In this document: in pieces, positions 57,488-64,000 of the stretch
Position numbering within the stretch: position 1 is the first letter of the stretch
Layout of the letters: each line of letters begins with the position of its first letter
Source: Elusimicrobiota bacterium
GTDB lineage: Bacteria; Elusimicrobiota; Elusimicrobia; UBA1565; JACRDR01
Assembly (NCBI GenBank): GCA_041694815.1
Contig: JBGFSC010000049.1
Coordinates: 1-64,000 of the forward strand
DNA length: 64,000 bases
Direction: 5' to 3'
Position numbers and translations under genes: made by a program
Notes under the pieces: model-generated
The model's input: the letters and a program-made list of their open reading frames with translations, nothing else
Databases searched by the model: none
What the model was told of the DNA's origin: nothing

Positions 57488-58491
57488 GCCAGCTCCGACA
57501 GGCGCACGGGGCGCTTCTCCTGGAACGATTTCTTGGCCGCCAGCCCTAGCAGCACGGCCTGGAGCCCATCCTCGCCGCCAACGGGCGGCGCGGCCTTGTC
57601 CCGAAGGGAGTCGACAAAGGCCTGCATCTCGTCACGATAGGCCTGGGCATAGCGTTCGATGAAGAAATGATGCGGCGGGTCCTTGCGCGAGCCCTCGGGC
57701 CCCCAATGCTCGACGCCGTTGGGCCCGACGTTGGAGGACTTAGCGCAGCCTCCCGAGCCGAACACCTCCACGCGCTGGTCATAGCCGTAAGCCGCTCTTC
57801 GCGAATTATCGATGGCGCCGATGGCCCCTCCCTTGTAGCGGAGGGTGATGAGCGCCGTGTCCACGTCTCCCAAGCGCCCGATCTCGGGATCGACGAGCAC
57901 GGCTCCCGCGGCATAGACCTCCTCGATTTCGTCTTGGATCACGAAGCGGGCCATGTCGAAGTCATGGATGGCCATATCCAGAAACAGCCCTCCGGACACC
58001 CGGATATATTCCGAGGGCGGTGGCTGCGGGTCACGGCTGGTGATGCGCACCAGCTGCGGCGAGCCGACCTCGCCACGGCGCACCAGCTCGGCCACGCGCT
58101 TGAATTGCGCGTCGAATCGCCGGTTGAAGCCCACCTGCAGGCGGACTCCATGCCTGTCGACCGCGGCGAGGGCCCGGCGGATGGCGGAAATCTCGAGGTC
58201 GATGGGCTTTTCGCAGAAGACGTGCTTTCCCGCCGCGGCGGCCTCCTCGATGAGCCGGGCGTGGGTGTCCGTGGAGGAACAGATGACGATCGCCTCGATC
58301 TTGCCGTCCCCTAGCATCGGGCGATGATCGGCCAACGCTTGCGCCCCCCCGGCCTCCGAGGCAAGCGCGCGGGCGGCCTCCAGGTTGATGTCCGAGACGG
58401 CCTGAAGGCGGGCGCCCCCGACGCTCCGGAAAAGGTTCAAGGCATGGACCCGGCCGATGCGCCCGGCGCCGATGACGCCGATGCCGATCAT
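57484..58491 (-). CDS. iolG: Inositol 2-dehydrogenase
   Basis: GAGRIG, CEKP, GFNRRFD, SGGLFLDMAIHDFD, YGYDQRVE. Confidence 0.93.
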   Translation of the reverse strand: MIGIGVIGAGRIGRVHALNLFRSVGGARLQAVSDINLEAARALASEAGGAQALADHRPMLGDGKIEAIVICSSTDTHARLIEEAAAAGKHVFCEKPIDLEISAIRRALAAVDRHGVRLQVGFNRRFDAQFKRVAELVRRGEVGSPQLVRITSRDPQPPPSEYIRVSGGLFLDMAIHDFDMARFVIQDEIEEVYAAGAVLVDPEIGRLGDVDTALITLRYKGGAIGAIDNSRRAAYGYDQRVEVFGSGGCAKSSNVGPNGVEHWGPEGSRKDPPHHFFIERYAQAYRDEMQAFVDSLRDKAAPPVGGEDGLQAVLLGLAAKKSFQEKRPVRLSELA

Positions 58492-58620
58492 GCGCGCATT
58501 GTAACATTCTCCACCCGCGAGCATCCTAGGCCGAAGGGCTCGTATCGACCTGGGTCCTGCGCCTCATCCATGCTCGAAACCCTCTCTGCTACAATCGCTT
58601 CACTCGCCGATACCAATCCG

Positions 58621-59955
58621 ATGTTGACTCTATTTGCCGTTTTAGCGAGCAGCGGCGTGCTCAAGAGCACGCCGGCAGCCATAGCTCCGCCCGTCGTCCA
58701 CGCGGAGGCAGCGGCGGAGCAGGGCTCGCCCTACCGGGAATTCGAGCGCAAACTCCGCCGATGGGAGCCGATCGAGGGCGCCGAGGCCTTGGACGCCTTC
58801 TACGACGGCTCCGCCTCCAAATCGCCATGGGGAGACCCGGTCGCCGGGCACAAACTGCGCATGATGTCGGAGCAGGCCTCTCCGGGGGACCCCGGCAAGG
58901 CCCTGGCCAAGCTTTTCGACGCCATCCTTCGACAAATAAAGACCGTTTACAGCCGCGGACTCTGGTCCTCCGAGGTCCAAGCCGTCGAGGGGGTGTTCGC
59001 GCAGGCCAGCGCGCGATACGAGGAATGGAAAAAGAACGGGGGAAACGGCACCCTCGATGAGAAATTCCGCGCCCTCAAGGAGGCCATGTCCTACCTGTCG
59101 GAGGTCTCGGCCACGCTGGAGGCGCTCGAAAATAAAGACAGCATAGAGCCGGAAAAAATCCGCATCCTGGACCAGCAGCTCAAGGCCCTGGCCATCGCCG
59201 TGGGCATTCCCCCGGTCGAGGCCCAGACCCTGGTGGCCGCGGCGATTTCCCGCGTGGCTCCTCCCCAAGAGATCCAAGGCGACATCCTCGGTCAGATCAG
59301 CGCCGCCCGCGGCTTCATGCGTCAGAATCAGCTACTCCAAAAATACTCGGACCGCCTGACCGCGCTCGAGACGGCGCTGCGCCTGGGCATGTTCAAGGAC
59401 GCGCGCGCCATGGCCGAGCATTTCTTCGACGGCGCCAACCTCATCGACCAGTTCATGTTTCATCCGGCGGTCATCGTGATGAGCGATCTGCTCGAGCAAC
59501 TTAATCCCTTCGGCAACACCAACGGCATCTTCCTTTCCAACATCCAGATCCTCTCCTTGGAGCTGCATGCCTTCGGCGACATCAAGACGCCCGAGGATTT
59601 CGAGAGGCGGCGTCGGGACCTGGCGCGTGGCCTCGAGACGATCGGCGCCGTCGTGCCGTTGTCGGAGGCCGACGCCAAGCTCCTTGCCTCCGGCAGGGAT
59701 TGGCAGCGCAACGGGGGCCTGATCCAGAGCATAGGCAATTTCACCGGCATGCTAGCGCCTACGGCCCTGTGGCTCAAGGGGCCGCTGCTCACGGTCGTGG
59801 GCCTGGGTGGGATTCTGCCGTTTTTCGGGAAATTCATCTACGGCTGGGGCAACCACCAGGAGCGCATCGCGCGAGGCGACGATAGCCGCCCGGCGAAAAA
59901 CCCCAAGCTCTGGGGCGAGCTGATCCGCAATCTCGCCCGCCGCTTCTTCCGCTAA
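58621..59955 (+). CDS. Hypothetical helical protein with N-terminal hydrophobic leader and C-terminal TM
   Basis: Long ORF with host-like codon usage; no recognised domain; start uncertain. Confidence 0.6.
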   Translation: MLTLFAVLASSGVLKSTPAAIAPPVVHAEAAAEQGSPYREFERKLRRWEPIEGAEALDAFYDGSASKSPWGDPVAGHKLRMMSEQASPGDPGKALAKLFDAILRQIKTVYSRGLWSSEVQAVEGVFAQASARYEEWKKNGGNGTLDEKFRALKEAMSYLSEVSATLEALENKDSIEPEKIRILDQQLKALAIAVGIPPVEAQTLVAAAISRVAPPQEIQGDILGQISAARGFMRQNQLLQKYSDRLTALETALRLGMFKDARAMAEHFFDGANLIDQFMFHPAVIVMSDLLEQLNPFGNTNGIFLSNIQILSLELHAFGDIKTPEDFERRRRDLARGLETIGAVVPLSEADAKLLASGRDWQRNGGLIQSIGNFTGMLAPTALWLKGPLLTVVGLGGILPFFGKFIYGWGNHQERIARGDDSRPAKNPKLWGELIRNLARRFFR

Positions 59956-60869
59956 TTAGCGCCGAGCGGGAGCTCCACGAGCTCCGCGTCGGCCATCGTT
60001 TCCCGGACACCCGCCTGAAGCCGCGTCCGCGCCTCGATCGCCTCGCGGCGCAGCATCGCCAGGGCCAAGGGGCCGCCGAGCTTGGGCGAGTCGACGACGC
60101 TGGTGACTCGGCCGACCTCCTTGCCCCCCATAAACACCGCCGAGCCGGCGGCGACGTGGCGCGATAGGCGCAAGCCGGCGAGCCCGCGGTTGACGTGTCC
60201 GAAATTCTTGATTCGGGCCGTGGTCTCCTGACCCATGTAGCAGCCCTTGGTGAAGCTGATCGCGGATTCGAGATTCGCCTCGAGAGGCAGCGTCTCGGCG
60301 TCCGCGTCGACGCCGAAGGCGGGGATGCCGGCCTCCACTCGCAGTGTTTCCAAGGCCTCCGTGCCTGCCGCCATCCCGCCATGATCCGTGAGCGCCGACT
60401 CCAGCGCCTTGCCGAGGGCCTCGTCGCCGAGCAGTACCTTTCCTGAAAGGCCGAAGTCAGGATAATCCAGGACATGCGCCGCCGCCCTCCCGCACGCGTG
60501 CGCGATCTCGGCGGCCTTCGGTCCGCCGATGAAGTATTTCCGCCAACGAACGCTCGAGTCCTCCATCACCGTGTCGCTGAGGATCAGCGGCTTCGACAAG
60601 GCGTCCATGACCGGCTTCGTCGCGGCGGGACGCTGCAGGGTCAGGAACTGCGAGCCCAGCTCGTAGAGCCACAGGTCGCCGACGAGCTTGCCCTTGGGGG
60701 TGAGCACGCAGGTCTTGAGGGCCCCCCCCGCCGCCATGGAGGCGACATCGTTGCTCATGAGCCCCTGCAGGAAGCGCTGGCGGTCCGGACCCTTGAAGGA
60801 GAGCACGCCCAGCTCGGGCTCGGCCAAAACGGCGCTCCGGCGGGCCGCGCGGTAGGCGGCTTCTTCCAT
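59952..60869 (-). CDS. ygfZ: Folate-binding protein YgfZ/GcvT-like
   Basis: KGCYMGQE signature. Confidence 0.9.
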   Translation of the reverse strand: MEEAAYRAARRSAVLAEPELGVLSFKGPDRQRFLQGLMSNDVASMAAGGALKTCVLTPKGKLVGDLWLYELGSQFLTLQRPAATKPVMDALSKPLILSDTVMEDSSVRWRKYFIGGPKAAEIAHACGRAAAHVLDYPDFGLSGKVLLGDEALGKALESALTDHGGMAAGTEALETLRVEAGIPAFGVDADAETLPLEANLESAISFTKGCYMGQETTARIKNFGHVNRGLAGLRLSRHVAAGSAVFMGGKEVGRVTSVVDSPKLGGPLALAMLRREAIEARTRLQAGVRETMADAELVELPLGAN

Positions 60870-61300
60870 CAGACGGGCTTCTGGGGTTTGGGCTCGCGCA
60901 GGGGAGCGCGGGTCTTGAGCGCCTTGTGCAGAGCGGCCAGGAGCTTTTCCTGGTTGATGGGCTTCGAGAGTATCTCGACGACGTTGGGGTCCTGCTCGAC
61001 CTGCTTGATGGCCGGGTCGCTGGCGTAGGCGGTGACGATGATGATGGGGATGGCCGGGCGCTTGGACTCGCGAATGCGCCTGAGCACCTCGAAGCCGGTG
61101 GTACCCCCAGGCAACATCAGGTCGAGCAGCAAGGCGTGGGGATTGCGCTCGAGGCGGCTTAAGGCGCGCTCGCCCGTCGCCGCGGTGTCCACCTTGAAGC
61201 CGTCGCGCTTGACGAGTATTTCGAGCAGGTTCAGGATCGACTCGTCGTCATCTACGATCAAGACGGTCTTGTTCTTCGGGTCGCCCGCGTCTTCAGCCAT
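60869..61300 (-). CDS. Single-domain response regulator
   Basis: LIVDDD, LLDLMLP, IIVTA, KP; start moved to ATG 61300. Confidence 0.9.
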   Translation of the reverse strand: MAEDAGDPKNKTVLIVDDDESILNLLEILVKRDGFKVDTAATGERALSRLERNPHALLLDLMLPGGTTGFEVLRRIRESKRPAIPIIIVTAYASDPAIKQVEQDPNVVEILSKPINQEKLLAALHKALKTRAPLREPKPQKPV

Positions 61301-61321
61301 GGCGCGCATTGTAGCAACAAT

Positions 61322-61414
61322 GGGTGCCATGTATCCACTTTCTACACTTTCTTCACTTTCTCGATGAGAATCCGAGAATTTCAACAAAGTGGAGAAAGTG
61401 GATGCCTGGCACCC
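61322..61414. repeat. 93-bp inverted-repeat element with GGGTGCCA...TGGCACCC termini
   Basis: 29-bp arms with 3 mismatches; internal CACTTTCT x3. Confidence 0.7.
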
Positions 61415-62157
61415 TAAAGAAGCGATTCGAGGGCGTCGGTGAGCTCGTTGGAGAGGGGGTCGGTCTCGGGGCCGAAGCGCCCGGCCACTCGCCCGTCGCG
61501 AGCGACGAGGAACTTGGAGAAATTCCACGGTATCGCGCCGTTGTGGCCGGACTCCTGCGTGAGGAACGCGTAAAGCGGATGCTGTTGAGGCCCCTTCACC
61601 GGGATCTTGGAGAAGAGCTCGAAGGAGACGTTATAGCGCGTCGAGCAAAACTGCTTGATCTCGGCATCGGCGCCCGGCTCCTGCGCGCCGAAATCGTTGG
61701 ACGGGAAGGCCAGCACGCGCAGCCCCTTGTCCTTGTATTTGGCGTGCAGCATCTGCAGGGACGCGTATTGGGGCGTGAAGCCGCATTCCGAGGCCGTGTT
61801 CACGATAAGCAGGACCTGGCCCTTGTATTCCGCCATCGACTTAGCAGCGCCCTCGATAGTCTTCACCTCATAGGAATAAATTTTTCCTGGAGCCGCCGTT
61901 TTCGTATCCATTCCTAATGTCTCCTTAATAAAGCGCCGCCAGCGCTCACGCAGGCCGAAGATGGCCCTGCCCACGGCCAGCCCCAGCCCGCCGGAGGCCT
62001 TGGCCGTGATCTCCCGCTCCAGGCAGCCGCGGCAGAGGCAGCCTTCTTGGGCCTCTAGTGGCATCGCCTTTGGCAGCTCGGCGCACCAGCATTTCGCCTC
62101 CTGGCGCCCGCATTCGAAGGCATCGCCGCAACGAACGCATTTCTCGCTGATCGCCAC
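61414..62157 (-). CDS. Cys-type glutathione peroxidase, in frame with an N-terminal Cys-rich CWC domain (internal start at 61911)
   Basis: NTASECGFTPQY, FPSNDFGAQEP, WNFSKFL; N-terminal CVRCG..F.C...CWC...CLC..C. Confidence 0.85.
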   Translation of the reverse strand: MAISEKCVRCGDAFECGRQEAKCWCAELPKAMPLEAQEGCLCRGCLEREITAKASGGLGLAVGRAIFGLRERWRRFIKETLGMDTKTAAPGKIYSYEVKTIEGAAKSMAEYKGQVLLIVNTASECGFTPQYASLQMLHAKYKDKGLRVLAFPSNDFGAQEPGADAEIKQFCSTRYNVSFELFSKIPVKGPQQHPLYAFLTQESGHNGAIPWNFSKFLVARDGRVAGRFGPETDPLSNELTDALESLL

Positions 62158-62297
62158 GGCTCCATTATATACGAGAGCCGACACGGCCCGAAAGGCCCAA
62201 GCCCATCCAAGTTGGAACTCAGGACTGCAAAAATGGATAAAAATGGCCTATTTTACATTCTATGACTCAATTTTTACGTATTTTTGACGCCTTTCGG

Positions 62298-62342
62298 TTG
62301 CAAAAATGCCTCAAAAGGGCTATTCTATGCAGGTCGTGCATA
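62298..62342 (+). promoter_or_regulatory. Sigma70-type promoter and palindromic candidate operator upstream of GSIII
   Basis: TTGCAA-17-TATTCT; TATGCA-N5-TGCATA at 62326-62342. Confidence 0.5.
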
Positions 62343-62361
62343 TTTGCCGCGAGGGGGAAAC

Positions 62362-64000
62362 ATGGCTCTACCGGAACGCAGCTTCGTCGAGGAAACGATC
62401 AAGACCCTGGCCAACGGGGGCGCGTTGAAAAACGGCGGCGGCGCGCATGAGGCGCGCACGCTGGCAGAGACATTCGGCAGCGCCACCTTCAGCAAGAAGG
62501 TGATGGCCAAGCATCTGAGCAAATCGGTTTACGAGAAGCTTCTCGATACGATCGAGAATAACGAGAAGCTCGACGTCGAGATCGCCGACGAGGTTGCCCA
62601 CGCCATGAAGGAGTGGGCCATTAGCCACGGCGCCACCCATTTCTGCCATTGGTTCCAGCCCCAGCGCGGCGTGACGGCCGAGAAACACGACGCTTTCTTA
62701 AGCATCGACCGCAACGGCGCCCCCATCCAGCGCTTCTCGGGCCGGCAGCTCATCCAGGGCGAGCCCGACGCCTCCTCCTTCCCCTCGGGAGGCATGCGGA
62801 GCACCTTCGAGGCGCGCGGCTACACGGCCTGGGACCCCACCTCGGCCGCCTTCCTCCTGCGTACCGGGAAAGCCGTGACCCTCGTCATCCCCAGCGTCTA
62901 TCTCTCTTATACGGGAGAGGTGCTCGACATGAAGACGCCGCTTCTGCGCTCGCTGCACGCCATCGAGGAGCGCGCCTTGCGCGTGCTCAAGCTCTTCGGC
63001 AACCGCACGGCGAAGTACGTGCGCGTCACCGTGGGCCCGGAGCAGGAATACTTCCTCATCCCCAAGGAGCTCTACGCGCGGCGGCCCGACCTCATCTACT
63101 CGGGGCGTACGCTATTCGGCGCCAGCTCGGCCAAGCACCAACAGATGGAGGACCACTATTTCGGCTCGATCAAGCCTCGGGTGCTCGATTTCATGGCCGA
63201 CGTCGACGCGGCGCTATTTGAGCGCGGCATCCCGGCCAAGACCCGGCATAACGAGGTCGCGCCCAACCAGTTCGAGATCGCGCCTATCTTCGAGGAGGCC
63301 AACCTCGCCATCGACCACAACCTCCAAGCGATGGAAATCATGCGCAAGATCGCCGACGACCACGGCTTGGCACTACTCTTGCACGAGAAGCCCTTCGCGG
63401 GCATCAACGGCAGCGGCAAGCACCTCAACTGGTCGATGATGGATTCCGACGGCAACAACCTGCTCGAGCCCGGGGCCGCCCCCAAGAAGAATATCCAGTT
63501 CCTTGTCTTCCTGTCGGCGATACTGGCCGGCGTGGAGAAATACGGCGCCCTACTGCGCACGGCGGTGGCCGACGCCGGCAACGACCATCGGCTCGGGGCC
63601 AACGAGGCGCCGCCGGCCATCATGTCGGTGTACCTGGGCTCGTACCTCGACCGCCTCCTGGGGGAAATCGAGAAGGGCAGCTTCACCTCCGACACGGCCA
63701 AGGCCGCGCTGGATTTGGGCATCAAGCGCCTGCCCTCGGTGGTCTTCGATAATTCCGATCGAAACCGCACCTCCCCCATCGCCTTCACGGGCAACAAGTT
63801 CGAGTTCCGCGCGGTCGGCGCCTCCCAGAACTGCTCGGAGCCGGCCACCGCCTTGAACCTGGTGGTCGCCTACGGGCTCGACGTCGTCTTGCAGAAGCTC
63901 GAAAAGGGCCTAGGCGAGGGCGACGTAACCGACAAGGCCCTCTCCGTCATCAAGGAAGTGGTGCGCGACACCAAGCGCGTGCGCTTCGAGGGCAACAATT
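62362..64000 (+). CDS. glnN: Glutamine synthetase type III (partial, runs off window)
   Basis: Manual translation: GATHFCHWFQP, AEKHDAF, EPDASSFPSGG, EQEYF, HNEVAP, HEKPFAGINGSGKH, HRLGANEAPP, DRNRTSP. Confidence 0.95.
   Translation, partial: MALPERSFVEETIKTLANGGALKNGGGAHEARTLAETFGSATFSKKVMAKHLSKSVYEKLLDTIENNEKLDVEIADEVAHAMKEWAISHGATHFCHWFQPQRGVTAEKHDAFLSIDRNGAPIQRFSGRQLIQGEPDASSFPSGGMRSTFEARGYTAWDPTSAAFLLRTGKAVTLVIPSVYLSYTGEVLDMKTPLLRSLHAIEERALRVLKLFGNRTAKYVRVTVGPEQEYFLIPKELYARRPDLIYSGRTLFGASSAKHQQMEDHYFGSIKPRVLDFMADVDAALFERGIPAKTRHNEVAPNQFEIAPIFEEANLAIDHNLQAMEIMRKIADDHGLALLLHEKPFAGINGSGKHLNWSMMDSDGNNLLEPGAAPKKNIQFLVFLSAILAGVEKYGALLRTAVADAGNDHRLGANEAPPAIMSVYLGSYLDRLLGEIEKGSFTSDTAKAALDLGIKRLPSVVFDNSDRNRTSPIAFTGNKFEFRAVGASQNCSEPATALNLVVAYGLDVVLQKLEKGLGEGDVTDKALSVIKEVVRDTKRVRFEGNN

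Noticed and set aside
61414..61911. Selenocysteine glutathione peroxidase
   Set aside because: Active-site codon is TGC (Cys); no in-frame TGA
62212..62230. Sigma54 promoter for GSIII (TGGAAC...TGCA)
   Set aside because: GG-to-GC spacing is 11 nt rather than the required 10

Overview
High-GC bacterial chromosome segment; paralogous Cys-rich prepilins and many signal-peptide orphans suggest Elusimicrobiota (inference only). Core content: a TonB receptor-exbB-exbD-tonB operon divergent from two tandem DUF4331 genes, three GT-C/YfhO-like membrane proteins, S9 peptidase, amidase, cspA, rmuC, tRNA-Glu(CTC), tRNA-Thr(TGT), tamAB, an OPT transporter, SWIB, lemA-GIDE-ankyrin, a pilin cluster, a myo-inositol operon, ygfZ, glutathione peroxidase and a partial type III glutamine synthetase. 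Most notable: (1) an iolG-iolB-iolD-iolE operon with no iolC/iolJ/iolA, continuing into a non-canonical transaldolase, an AhpD-like protein and a mycofactocin-type SDR, a candidate kinase-free inositol route; (2) a 6.3-kb element integrated in tRNA-Glu (53-bp att repeats, putative arm sites) with an integrase, an internally deleted mini-integrase paralogue, Xis, a Replic_Relax-like protein, a PIN toxin with an unannotated small partner, and a nuclease + HEPN-like pair (candidate defence system); (3) a 312-bp MITE inserted exactly into the tamA-tamB TAATG junction; (4) a window-wide pattern of -10 boxes 6-8 nt before start codons, suggesting leaderless mRNAs; (5) a signal-peptide-bearing GHKL ATPase-HEXXH protein and a 15%-Trp protein. 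All family calls come from motif recognition by eye, with no database searches.
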